64,000 bases of DNA from Rozella allomycis CSF55 (Eukaryota). The stretch covers positions 1 through 64,000 of the forward strand of contig KE561067.1 in NCBI GenBank assembly GCA_000442015.1, in the 5' to 3' direction. Under the pieces are notes generated by a model. That model did no database searches. It worked only from the letters and a program-made list of their open reading frames with translations, and was not told the DNA's origin. Position numbers and translations under genes: made by a program. Positions 1-11,199 of the stretch are shown here, in pieces. Positions within the stretch are counted from its first letter, which is position 1; every line of letters begins with the position of its first letter.

Positions 1-1276
1 TACATGTATATATATTTTATCGTTTAATTAATATAAGTGTATAATCGATTGTGAACTTTTCTACACCATGGGATTCAAACTAAGTGTAACTAGCGATTCT
101 TATGGCTCCAAAGCGCCAATAAAGAAAATAACACAACAATTTATTATTTCAAATTCATTTATTCGTAAATAGACACAAATGTGCCATATTAATGAGCAAT
201 CCAATCCGCCACCTGCTATATCTCAACAACTACCTTTACTATAGGGGCTGAAAATAAATATTACTTGGTATATTGGGTGTTCTGAGTTTATAGACCAAAT
301 TTGGGAGAAAACGGAAGCAACAAATGGTTACATACACACAGACAGACAAACACACACACACACCACTCGACAACTACCCTGGTCAACGATGTAAATCCCT
401 TAAATTGAGTGTGTATTCGAGGTAAAACTGGTATTTACTCAACATGCCAATAATCTTTTCTGAAGTCCGGGTCGTGAACTCCCCGTCCGATAAGTAACAT
501 AGCACAATGATATTTGTCAATCTCATCCACTAGAAAACATNTATTTTTCAATCTCATCCACTAGAAAACATCTTGCCGCAAAACCCAAAATTAAAACAAC
601 CACCAATGACGAATAATAAAAGTAAATCGGTTTTTTAACGTATCAACCGTTATTAAAGGAAGAGACGTGTAGGTTCAGAGACTACGTTTTGCGGGGCATT
701 AACTTTTGATGAATGTTTTTGTAATTCATGTATGGATTAGTCATATTTTGTTCACTAAATATTCATGTCCATTTGGTCAGATGTCGCGATGTAGTGTATT
801 TACTATTCATTGCTCAAGAAATAGGAACACAAAATTCAAGTGTACCGCTGATTTTCATTTATTCTGTACAACGAGACTTTTTATCAATTATTACAACGCC
901 ACCCTTTTCCTTGATGGCTGATGCTTTGAATTTCTCGGCCAACAGCAGCAACTTCTTTTGATCAGCTATATTGGCATAAAACTGGATTAATTGCTTCAGA
1001 TAAAAATTTCCATGCTTTACAAGCTTGATTTCCTTCTTTCTATGTCCGTATGTTGTTTCAAAACTTCTTTCTTTGATTCCTTTATTTTTAGTACAAGAAT
1101 TCAGCAAGATACAAACTCAGGTAATTTGGCACTTTAATCATGAATGAGGCGATCAAGTTCGTAGAATTCAGTTATATTCCTTTCTCTTGTATCATATTTA
1201 CCAAGCCGCTGCTTTTTCTATATTTACCAAGCCGCTACTTTTTTTAGAAAAATGACTACGCCACAAACATTTTACC

Positions 1277-1816
1277 ATGCGTATTTTGGCTGGCGCTCTT
1301 TTTGTGATTCAACTTCTATGTTGTATAAAATGCAGCAAATCACCTCAAAAGCGTTCCTCTAAAGGTGGTAAGTCGGGAATGATTAAACTCGGTGTTCTTG
1401 GAACTTTGGTCGCAGGATTATCTTCGGTTCCATTTGTGAGTGCAAAAGATCAGCCTGCTCAAGAGGAGGTCAAACTTGCCTCAAGCGTTGATATTGATAT
1501 ATTGCCTGACCCAGCAGTTTTCGTGCCGCCTGTGGCTCTCCACAATCCAGATCCTGTTCCCGACTTCAAGGCAGTTATCAGTGGGCAGAATGTAAAGGAT
1601 TTAGAAACACAGTTATCATACGATGAGCCTCCGACCCAAGCAAAGCCATTTATTGCTATTAATAATGACGTAGGTGCGAGTTCGGAAATAGAGGGTGATA
1701 CTTCAACAAATGGACATCTCAAGTCGAAACTTGTGAAAAAATTGGCAAGTATTAAAGACGCGACATTAAAAGAAATGATCCGTGTTATGCTGGAGNATTT
1801 CATAGATTTTAATTGA
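1277..1816 (+). CDS. Putative secreted/membrane protein of unknown function (3' end obscured by N at 1796)
   Basis: 179-aa ORF with an N-terminal hydrophobic segment and a second one (LGVLGTLVAGLSSVPFVSA); no recognised domain. Confidence 0.5.
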   Translation: MRILAGALFVIQLLCCIKCSKSPQKRSSKGGKSGMIKLGVLGTLVAGLSSVPFVSAKDQPAQEEVKLASSVDIDILPDPAVFVPPVALHNPDPVPDFKAVISGQNVKDLETQLSYDEPPTQAKPFIAINNDVGASSEIEGDTSTNGHLKSKLVKKLASIKDATLKEMIRVMLEXFIDFN

Positions 1817-1902
1817 TATTCTAGATGGATTAGACGAAGAAAATATAAAAAAATATAACATATTTATGAATTCTATTCTCTAATGACCCTTGTACTATGC
1901 AT

Positions 1903-2474
1903 ATGTTTCGTACTTTTTTATCTGTGGTTTGTATTGGGGTCGTGAGTGCCGTAATTATTATAGAGAAAACCATAAATCCTGAGGTTTTTAGTTTAAAAGC
2001 GATAACAAAAGTTGGATTTACTGTATATAATACTGGACAGAGGTAAAAAGGAGGTTTAATTGAAACAAAGCATTCTGTCTAATATTGAAGTTAAGGACAT
2101 TTCATTTAATAGTACTACTTTTGAAATTCTAAAGACACCGGAAACTATCGCAACCTTGGAGCCGTAAGAAAAACATATTGTACAATTATAGTAACGAAAA
2201 AGCGCATGTTGAATATCATTTGATTCCTCGAGTTCTAGGCGTACATTCTGATAAGCCCGCTATTGTTACATTTTTTAGAGAAGGTGTCCAAAATCATGGG
2301 TTTTCTTCGTCCTTTGGAGACATGGAAATTATTGGTTTTTCAAAATATAATATGACATATGTTGACCATTCCCAAGAATGGTTTTACTATTTTGCTTTTT
2401 CATTTATGTGTGCAATTGCTCCATTAGTAGTATATCGACGTTACTTGAACAATTCTAAATTGAAACAGCAGTAA
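1903..2474 (+). CDS. Translocon-associated protein beta (TRAP-beta/SSR2-like), two 28-nt introns (2043-2070, 2164-2191)
   Basis: Spliced product has a signal peptide, VGFTVYNTGQS..NIEVKDISF..ATLEPNEKAHVEYHLIPR, and a C-terminal TM after HSQEW. Confidence 0.65.
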
Positions 2475-2509
2475 ATAAATTAAAGTTAAGTTAGTTATTT
2501 ATTCCCTTG

Positions 2510-4177
2510 TTAGAATATACTTACAATCAATCCTGCAAACACTAAAGCCAGGGAGGAGTAATAGCTTGGAAGGCTGCTCTTCGAATTCATCAAAGCGGCT
2601 TTGCCTCTGTAGCGATATTTGACTTTGTTAACTCTTTCTCCACTTCTATTTACAACTTTTCTTGAAGCAACAGAGAGAAACTTGTACTTTTTTGATTGAT
2701 AATTCAAAGCTGCGATCACTTTCATTTGCCTTCGATAAACTTTTTCTACAACCTCGGAGCTTATTTTGTTCATTTTTATCCAATACTCTGGCAATTGTGG
2801 TAAAGAACGTATGAGAATATTCTCTGATCTATCAAATGGATCAGGTAGTACCATATCATCTTTTCCGTTAACTTTTACAATAGTTGGGTCAGTATGTTCG
2901 ATATCAATTGGTTGAAGTGGAGTCAAGCGACAGACAGTTGGATTATCACTATAAAGAGTGAAGTTTTGGGTTGGCAGATTTGTTGGGAAAGATGAGTCCA
3001 ATGTTTTCGTCACAGTAGCAAAAGTAGTAAAAGAAGTGGTTGATGAAAATTCCGATGTGCTTGAAGTAGTAGTACTAAAGGTTTCGCTTTCAGTTGTTGA
3101 ACTAGCTGTAGTTGATTTGCTATCTTGAGATGTCTCAGTTGGAACTTCAGTTGAGGTTACTGTATCAGTATCGGTCGGAACTATTGTGCTGATACTAACA
3201 GGGGATGTTGGTGTTGGAATATCACTGGTATTGTTGTCACTGAAAGAGCTGTTATCCAAGGACGTACTTACACTTGAGATAGGGGGCGTCGAGGTTGTAG
3301 TAACAACTGTAGGTACTACGGTAGTTATTGTGGTACTTTTGTTCTTTTCATTTCCAGTTCGATTGGTTAATCTTGTAGGCTTATTGTATATAACACAATT
3401 TTCTGAGTTGTCCATGACAGATGAAACCGGTACGTTAAAATATGGCAAAATTTGATCCAATTCCGGATAATCTTTCATATTTTTTTTGCTAATTTTTTGA
3501 TAATCGTCCCAAATCTTGTCTATCATGGAATGATGAAGCCAAAACAAAGGATCGTAAGATGATCGCATAGTTGCCATGTTTCCCCCGATGGAAGTATGAA
3601 CGAGTCCATGAGATCCATATTCAATAGTTTCGTGAAACGTTTTATAGCTATTTGTTGTTGCAAGAATATTTTTTAGCGCCTCGGGAGCTATAAAAGCACT
3701 TATTCTGTCCCCACCGTCAAAACTTCTTGATAAACACTGTTCTCCGACTTTCCATGATTTAAAAGGACCATTTTGAACACAGTAGGACGATCCTGCTCCA
3801 TTTCCCCCAAAGTAATCCTCTCTGAACACCATTGACTTTTCTGGAGCTTGAGAATCAAGAGTCCAGTCCCAGTAAGGCAACGAAACACTTGAGTCTATCT
3901 TTTGAAGTTCTTTCTCAAATTCATTGACATACTTTCTATGCCAAGGAAAAAAGATTGGCGCAGAGTGAACTCCCCCGCTCTGCTGTATGTGAACTTCCGC
4001 ATAGTTGTCAAAAAATCCACTTTTCTTTACTTCCTGGAGAGCAGAAATGAACCTCTGCAACTCTTCGTTGGATAGGTCTCCGATCTCTTTTCTTACAGAC
4101 ATTGTTGCGCACTTTTGTGTTTTCACAAAGAATGTGCATTGTAACAAGACTAAAGCCAAGACAAAAACTAAATTCAT
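2510..4177 (-). CDS. Secreted tyrosinase (di-copper) with Ser/Thr-rich stalk and C-terminal hydrophobic anchor; intronless
   Basis: VRKEI, CuA H..H..FFPWHR, SLPYWDW, CuB HGLVH..DPLFWLHHSMID; signal peptide. Confidence 0.92.
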   Translation of the reverse strand: MNLVFVLALVLLQCTFFVKTQKCATMSVRKEIGDLSNEELQRFISALQEVKKSGFFDNYAEVHIQQSGGVHSAPIFFPWHRKYVNEFEKELQKIDSSVSLPYWDWTLDSQAPEKSMVFREDYFGGNGAGSSYCVQNGPFKSWKVGEQCLSRSFDGGDRISAFIAPEALKNILATTNSYKTFHETIEYGSHGLVHTSIGGNMATMRSSYDPLFWLHHSMIDKIWDDYQKISKKNMKDYPELDQILPYFNVPVSSVMDNSENCVIYNKPTRLTNRTGNEKNKSTTITTVVPTVVTTTSTPPISSVSTSLDNSSFSDNNTSDIPTPTSPVSISTIVPTDTDTVTSTEVPTETSQDSKSTTASSTTESETFSTTTSSTSEFSSTTSFTTFATVTKTLDSSFPTNLPTQNFTLYSDNPTVCRLTPLQPIDIEHTDPTIVKVNGKDDMVLPDPFDRSENILIRSLPQLPEYWIKMNKISSEVVEKVYRRQMKVIAALNYQSKKYKFLSVASRKVVNRSGERVNKVKYRYRGKAALMNSKSSLPSYYSSLALVFAGLIVSIF

Positions 4178-4643
4178 TTCAGTTTTGACACAAAGGGGCT
4201 TCAGACAACTAGGAGCAATAAGATTCTAATTAAAGCTCGAATATACTATTTTTAACATTAAGTTTCATTGACCTTGAAACCTCTTATTCTAATTTTTTCA
4301 GGACTATTACGAAATAAATTGATGATTTATAAAGGCTACTTTGAAATAATGGAATTTATTATTTCATCTTACTTAGGGTTACATAAATTTTTGTTGATAT
4401 TTTTTAACAGAAAAGTTAGATGATGGTAGTGAATACTGAGACGTTTTGATCAAAATCGAATGGTTACTAATAAAGTGTCAAGTGTCAACAATTTGAAAAG
4501 AATTAACTGTAAATTTTCTTGTTATTTTTTGAATTTCAAATGTTATTGTTTACGATAAGTTTTGATTTTTTTAGTATTTCAGCTATTTTGAAAAAGAGGA
4601 AAAGAAATTTCGAAAACTAACAAACCCCGGTCTAAAAAAAGAA

Positions 4644-5310
4644 ATGGTAATTCTAAAACGTATCCTTTACTAGTCGCTCATCGCACCAGATAAGAATCAT
4701 TTTCAACATATTTTGCGTGTTCTCAACACTAATATTGACGGTAAAAACAACGTCATGTATGCCTTGACTTCTATTAAAGGTATCGGGCGTCGTTTTGCGA
4801 ACTTGGCCTGCAAGAAAGCTGAAGTTAACCTTAAAAAACGTGCTGGAGAATTGACTAGTGAAGAACTTGAACGTTTAGTCACTGTTGTCCAAAATCCTCA
4901 AGATTACAAAATCCCTGAATGGTTTCTCAATCGTCAAAAAGATATCAAAGATGGGAGCTACTCACAAGTAATCCTTGGTTTTTATAATGAATAGGTCGTC
5001 TCTAACGGCCTTGACTCTAAACTTAGAGATGACTTGGAAAGAATGAAGAAAATTCGTGTTCACCGTGGTTTAAGACACTTCTGGGGACTTCGTGTACGTG
5101 GACAACACACAAAAACTACCGGTAGAAGAGGTCGCACTGTCGGTGTCTCAAAGAAGAAGAGTAAGTTTTTTATTTTCTGTTTGTATTCCTTTGCTTATGA
5201 TGACTAACAAATTTACCTACATTAACTGAGTCCTTTGATGAATTTAAGTCTGAAGCTTTTTTGACACATTTATTTTCATTTGTCGAACATTTCTAATCTT
5301 AGGCGGTTAA
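4644..5310 (+). CDS. RPS18: 40S ribosomal protein S18 (uS13); introns 4647-4673 (27 nt), 4968-4994 (27 nt), 5161-5302 (142 nt)
   Basis: [67 protein letters not shown] after splicing. Confidence 0.97.
5193..5256 (+). ncRNA. Intronic C/D-box snoRNA, probable U34/snR62 family
   Basis: Box C ATGATGA 5197-5203, guide TTACCTACATT, D' CTGA 5226-5229, C' TTGATGA 5235-5241, D CTGA 5250-5253, short GCT/AGC terminal stem; guide complementary to conserved LSU rRNA AAUGUAGGUAA. Confidence 0.8.
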
Positions 5311-5415
5311 AAACTTTTTTCATTCTTTAATAAATTTATGCACTTATATTAATTGTTAATTCTTATACTGTCATAGATTCTTTTTTGTTGCCTGATGAAG
5401 GCTTAGTTTGTCTTT

Positions 5416-5958
5416 ATGAGTTTTTTGGTTCCAACTCTTGGCCAGCCAAGTTCTTATCGGGACAGAAAATATCCAGTATTTTTATATTTTGTTTTTGATC
5501 AGGGAACAATCGAAGAACAAGAACAAAAGTATCAGACCTCAACTACTATCTACGTTGGAAATTTATCATTTTACACCACTGAAGAGCAAATTTTTGAACT
5601 TTTTTCTATTGTTGGCCCAATTAAAAGAATTATTATTGGCCTGGACAAGTATAAGAAGACTCCGTGTGGATTTTGTTTTGTTGAATACTACAAAAGAGAG
5701 GATGCCATGGATTGCATGAAATACATAAATGGTACAAAATTAGACGATCGTTATGTGCGTACAGATGTAGATCCCGGATTTTTAGAAGGTCGTCAATACG
5801 GCAGAGGAAGAAGTGGTGGACAGGTTAGAGATGAATACAGGACTGATTTCGATCAAGGAAGAGGTGGTTACGGTGCCAGAGAATACTATAATGATCAAAA
5901 TAGTTCAAAGAGAAGGCGAATGGATGAGTCAAGATTTCGAAATGATGAATCGGATTAG
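5416..5958 (+). CDS. NCBP2: Nuclear cap-binding protein subunit 2 (CBP20), one in-frame 27-nt intron
   Basis: [48 protein letters not shown]. Confidence 0.96.
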   Translation: MSFLVPTLGQPSSYRDRKYPVFLYFVFDQGTIEEQEQKYQTSTTIYVGNLSFYTTEEQIFELFSIVGPIKRIIIGLDKYKKTPCGFCFVEYYKREDAMDCMKYINGTKLDDRYVRTDVDPGFLEGRQYGRGRSGGQVRDEYRTDFDQGRGGYGAREYYNDQNSSKRRRMDESRFRNDESD

Positions 5959-5972
5959 AAATAAATTACTCT

Positions 5973-6338
5973 TTATTCAGATGATTCTTTAGGTTTCTCC
6001 TTCATGTATTTTTCCAAACTATCGGCAACTTGGGATATGGTTTTAAACTCATCTGCTTCCTTGTCAGAAAATTCACACTTGAATTCATCTTCCACAGCAA
6101 TCAATACTTCTACCTGATCCAAGGAATCAAGTTTCAAGTCATTGTGAAAATTTGCATGTATTGATAGCTATTACAAATAGAAAAGACCTGGTACTTTTGA
6201 CTTATCCACTCTGGGAAATGTTTCAAACACCTTTAATAGTCTGAGCTCTATATCATTTCTCACAGACGGAGAAGAGGAAAATAATCGACGATTAAAGCTT
6301 TTAGAAAATAGTAAACAGGAAGTATATACTCTAGACAT
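5973..6338 (-). CDS. Mitochondrial acyl carrier protein, 27-nt intron
   Basis: Basic presequence, then ANFHNDLKLDSLDQVEVLIAVEDEFKCEFSDKEAD with the DSL phosphopantetheine site. Confidence 0.88.
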
Positions 6339-6610
6339 AATCGAATTGTGGCTAATTCAAATATCCCAATTAATCGAGCGAGAAGTATTCGGAGGTAAAT
6401 AAAAAAATGATTTCAGATATTGTCACTTTTCAATTCATACCTTAAACCCATGAATTCGCTGTAAGTGGCAACAAGTAAACGTTTCATGACATCAATAATT
6501 GGAAATCAATTGGAATCTAAAACAAAAAAGATTTTAACAATTAACATCTTTTTGGATGATTGTTTAGTCGGCCTGTTTTCAAACGGTTGCTACGAATTTA
6601 AGAAATTTCC

Positions 6611-8596
6611 ATGGATAAACAAGGTATGCTGCAGTCCATTTTTTATCGACAGATATCCTTGCTCAAATTAATGCGCGAAAAACATTCAACGGGTTTCCTA
6701 CTAATTTAAACAAAAAGCCGCCTTTGGATAGAAGGGTTACTTTTGCGGAATTCAGACAATACGATGCACACGCTATTCAACAAAGATTGATAGTATATTC
6801 GCTTGCAAAGATGGAAGCTGAGAGGAGGCAAACCGCACTATCTTTTGACAATTTAGCCCACGCCCAAAGATCTTTTACCTATAAAGGTACATGCTGGCTG
6901 AAATTGAGTTTTAGATTCACCACAACCAAGCATACTTGGAATCCCGCAATATAAGCCAAATTCAAGAATAACGAGCCTTTTGTCTTCTAGGGGCACAAAA
7001 CCTACTCAATCACGTAATTCAATCTTATTGTGTGCAAAGACTATTTACACATGCTAAATCTTAGTTTGAAAGATAGAGATTACGCTCTAGCAGAAGAATG
7101 TTTACAAGGATTAAAATTTTCGTCGGTGAAGAAGCGATATTACGAGCAAATCAATATGGCATTTCTCTATGCTATGATGGATTCAGTGACAGACATAATT
7201 TGTCTAATGCTTGAAAAAGGGTTTCCGGTTAATGTTAACAGATCGATTGTCATAAAGAAGAAAAACGACAAGAAGAAAATTCAACTATTTCCAACATACT
7301 TCATGATCGCTGTATATAATGGAAATGAAAAAGTATTAAAGACGATGATAAAAGTAAAAAGCAATGTTAAAGGTTTAACAAAGAGGGGAGCCGATGTCAA
7401 TCACTCATGGTTCGGATTGACACCTTTGCACATAGCATCATATCTAAATGGTGTTGGAAACGCATCTATTGTACGTTTATTGCTTGAAAATGGCGCCGAT
7501 CCAGGTATTGGTCTTCCAATGACCCATTTTTCCTATTTAAGACTGCTTAAGTTTTCCCGTTTTTTGGATGACTTCACCACGCCACCGGATAGTCCCTTTA
7601 TTAATCAAAGTCAACCCCCTAAGTATACCGCCGACAATAAATTTTTAAAGGATAGGATAATTTATCCTATAGAAATGGCTGCCGCAGTTCGAAACATGGA
7701 AGCGGTAACTCTCATGCTTCAAAGGTACTATTTGCAATTATAAATTCTTATAGCAAGGTGGATCCAAAAACTTTCATGCCTAAATGCGAGATCGGCTTGT
7801 TACTTCAGCAGGATCTTGACATTACAATTAGATTACTAAAGGCGGGGGCGCCTATTGATTGTATTGATAGCATGTATTTTTATTATTGATAATTGTTAAG
7901 GGGTAATACTCCACTTCACAATGCGGCTGCAGTTGGAAGTGTAGAATTGGTGGCAGTGTTGATTCACTTTGGCGCCAAAGTAAATCAAGCAAACTTAGAT
8001 GGAAAAACACCGCTCCATAAGGCTATTGAAAATATGCATCGGAAAACACTGCGTGTGCTTATTGAGAGAGGAGGAGATACTTCGATCATGTCAAATGACG
8101 GGCAGACCTTGGTGCAATTGGCGCTAAAATCTGGCTTTTCTAATGAAGAAATAATTGATTATTTCGGTAAAAATCGTTGTATTAAATGTTAGAATCGAAA
8201 AGATCATTCGATGACGATCTTCAAAGACAAACTGACATTCCTGCACTTTTGTCACGGGTAAAGTCCCTGTCAGATACACGCGGACAGAGACAAGTGCTAT
8301 TTAAGACTGGTGGGAAACGATTATTTACAATTGAAAGACTTAACAGTAGCATATCCAAAATTCCTGGTCTTTTAAGAGGAAACAGTGGATCTAGCGAAGA
8401 CAAGGGCCTGAGTGATTCTACTCCGAATTCTCCAGTTCTTAGAGGAAGGGCTTTGTCCTTGGCTACGCCAAACACAACAATGGAAGACCAGAGGCGAAAA
8501 AATCGTTCGCTGTCCACTTATTCCGAGCGAGAACCCGACCCTTCTTTGAAATCATCAGCTTCTTCATTTACCTCAAACTTTTTTCGAAAACAATAA
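6611..8596 (+). CDS. Ankyrin-repeat protein (several 26-30-nt introns)
   Basis: RGADVN..GLTPLHIA..LLENGADP; GNTPLHNAA..GKTPLHKA; exons join in frame through short GT-AG introns. Confidence 0.8.
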
Positions 8597-8621
8597 ACAA
8601 AAAATTGCAGTTAAGTAAAAT

Positions 8622-9669
8622 TTATTTGATTGATTCGATCCTTTTGAAATCATCTTTCACCACTTTAATCAAACACGAGATCCCTTCTTGCTGTTCTTGA
8701 AGAATCTATATTTTTAGAATATATGAAATTTACTTTGTGAATTTGAGAAAGGGAATCCTCATTGAGGTTATTAGACACATAAATCTGAGGTTTGAGCATT
8801 TCCGCTTTAACTTGCAATTCCTGTACGCTAACCTTAACAGAGTTTGCATTTGATGACAAAGCCACTGACATATGCTCTAATCTCTTCCTAAGATTTTCTT
8901 CTTCTATCGTCAACGGCAAAGATTTATTTTTAATAACTTGTAACTTTTTCAGTATCTTTTAAAGTGTTATTTATCAATTTACCTGCAAAAGTCGGGAAGA
9001 AATTTCCAAGTGTCGCTTTTTGTAGACTTCAATTTTAGTTTTCGTATCAACAGACATAATCCTTTGGATATTATCAATTTTATTAACCAATTCACTTAAT
9101 TTAGATTGATAAAGGTCGAAACATTTCTCCTGGAAGACCTGTCTCTTTTGTAAATCTTCAACGCCTACAGCTAGGACTGGGACCATGCAACTAGTGTCAG
9201 GTGAGTCTTTAAGCGCTTGATTCCACATTCTTTCACTCATGTTCACCGGTTTGCTGTACATTGCCTTTTCCGAAGGATGAACAACGTTATACAATATATG
9301 TTTTAATGCACAATTTGGCGATTGATAATGTATCCCTTGTGCCAATAAGTATAAAGGATGTAATGGATTGTTAGGATCCATCGTAGGAATATTGCCGTGA
9401 GAAGTATTAACTGTAGCATTTGGTTGAGTCGATGTAAACGAAAACCCGTTAAACCCGGTATTATTATTCACTGGATTAATGCTAGTATTGTTTGATGGCA
9501 AAATACTAGTATTCGGAGCCGTCGATGTAGTAGTCCCAAAATTGAAGCCGCTATTCGTCGTTGATGAAATCGGGTTTTGATTTGCACCAAAACTAAATCC
9601 TGTGCCCCCTTGTGACAAGTTCGAGTTTGTTGGGGGATTTGTGGAAGGTTTGGTCCCAAAAGAAAACAT
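8622..9669 (-). CDS. NUP54: FG nucleoporin Nup54/Nup57-like, two introns (27, 28 nt)
   Basis: FSFG/FNFG repeats; W.QALKDSPD..MVPVLAVGVEDLQKR; LTIEEENLRKRLE; LQEQQEGISCLIKVVKDD. Confidence 0.85.
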
Positions 9670-9731
9670 TCTGAAATTTCAGCGTTAGTTTTAGGTAAAT
9701 TATCTTCATTTTAAGATTAATATTTAATTTA

Positions 9732-11039
9732 TTAGACAAACAAAAGTGCAAAGTTAAGCATTATTATTATAGAGGCCACCAAAATCGATGTTACAGTCAA
9801 CCAAGTGGGATTCTTGTTCAATCCCATCCATTCCTTCGACGAAGTAAAATAAACCAAAGGCACAACCGCAAAGGGAAGTTGTAAACTTAAGATCACTTGA
9901 CTCCAAACTAGTAAATTTTGAACTGATGCTTCCCCCATTGATAAAACAACAATTAATGCGGGAAGTATGGCACATGACCTTGTGATCAATCTTCTTATCC
10001 AAGGCTTTATTTTCATATCGAAAAAAGATTCAACGACAATCTGACCCGCCAATGTACCTGTCACTGAAGAGCTCTGACCCGCAAATAAAAGAGCAACAGA
10101 AAAAATTATAGAGGCAGATTTCCCGAGAGAGCCCTCAAGTAATGCGGCTGCTTCCTCTAATGAGTCAACCTTTCGATCTGTAAATGATGCAGAAGCCGTA
10201 ATTAAGATGGCACAGTTGATTAAAAAAGCGAAACATAAGGCAAAAATGGTACCCATGGTCAAATGCGTTACTTTTTCTTTCAAAGAAATGAAATGATGCC
10301 TTGCATTATTCTTTGCTACCATATCTGACTGTAAATACAGGTTATGAGGCATAACAGTTGCTCCAATAATTCCAAGTGAAATAAAAAGTGGATCCTTTTC
10401 CAAAATTTTTAAACTTGGCAAAAACCCCGCGACTATTTCGCTCAATTGGGGCTTCGCCATAAACATATCCGCCAAAAGGCAGGACGAAATTAGCAAAGCT
10501 GTTAATGTCAATACAATTTCAATTGTGCTATTCCCATTTGCATCCAGCCCCATTAAAAGAATGATTACGTCTGCGGAAGTTATAATAATGCCAAGCGAAA
10601 TAGGAATACCGAAAAGAAGTTTAAGGCCTATGGCCGATCCAATGACTTCTGCAAGATCACATGCAATTATAGCCACTTCGGCCACCAAATACATTGGTAT
10701 CCAAAGCCATTTTGTTTGGATGCTCTCTCTTGTCAATTTAGCCAGACCTCTGCTTGTAAATACACCTAACCTAATGCTCAAATATTGTAACACTATAGCT
10801 AAAATGTTTGATAAAAGCACAACATGAAGCAACTTGTACTTGAATTGAGATCCGGCTGCAATATCAGTGGACCAATTTCCAGGGTCCATATATCCAATTG
10901 AGATTATAAAACCTTGCCCAATGCACCGTAATACATTAATTAAAATTCTCATTCTACTTAAATGAGTATTATCCTCAAAATTAAATTCAGAATGGTCTGC
11001 ATCTTCGGATATAAGGGGTGTACCCGACAAAGCCGGCAT
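9732..11039 (-). CDS. NRAMP/SMF divalent metal transporter, intronless
   Basis: GYMDPGNW, DLAEVIGSA, GATVMPHNLYL, GQSSSVTGTLAGQIVVE, SQVILSLQLPFA. Confidence 0.95.
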   Translation of the reverse strand: MPALSGTPLISEDADHSEFNFEDNTHLSRMRILINVLRCIGQGFIISIGYMDPGNWSTDIAAGSQFKYKLLHVVLLSNILAIVLQYLSIRLGVFTSRGLAKLTRESIQTKWLWIPMYLVAEVAIIACDLAEVIGSAIGLKLLFGIPISLGIIITSADVIILLMGLDANGNSTIEIVLTLTALLISSCLLADMFMAKPQLSEIVAGFLPSLKILEKDPLFISLGIIGATVMPHNLYLQSDMVAKNNARHHFISLKEKVTHLTMGTIFALCFAFLINCAILITASASFTDRKVDSLEEAAALLEGSLGKSASIIFSVALLFAGQSSSVTGTLAGQIVVESFFDMKIKPWIRRLITRSCAILPALIVVLSMGEASVQNLLVWSQVILSLQLPFAVVPLVYFTSSKEWMGLNKNPTWLTVTSILVASIIIMLNFALLFV

Positions 11040-11199
11040 TTGTGTAAATTTAAGAATTTTACTAATTGATGTATGCAATATTACAAAGTTTAAAATGATT
11101 TAATCTAGATTATGTGCATTCTTGTTTTTGGAATAAAATATGAATATCTTAAAAGAAAAGTCCAGCCATTTATTTGTAGGAATTTTTGTGGGAGATTCA

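Noticed and set aside
518-572. Direct repeat AATCTCATCCACTAGAAAACAT around N541; similar cases at N19750 and N30112
   Set aside because: Duplicated sequence on both sides of a single N is typical of unmerged contig overlaps, not biological repeats or target-site duplications
706-1107. Short overlapping ORFs near the window start
   Set aside because: I could not build a coherent gene model or recognise any homology
3186-3455. Antisense ORFs over the tyrosinase and other genes in the ORF track
   Set aside because: They are shadow frames of well-supported genes on the opposite strand
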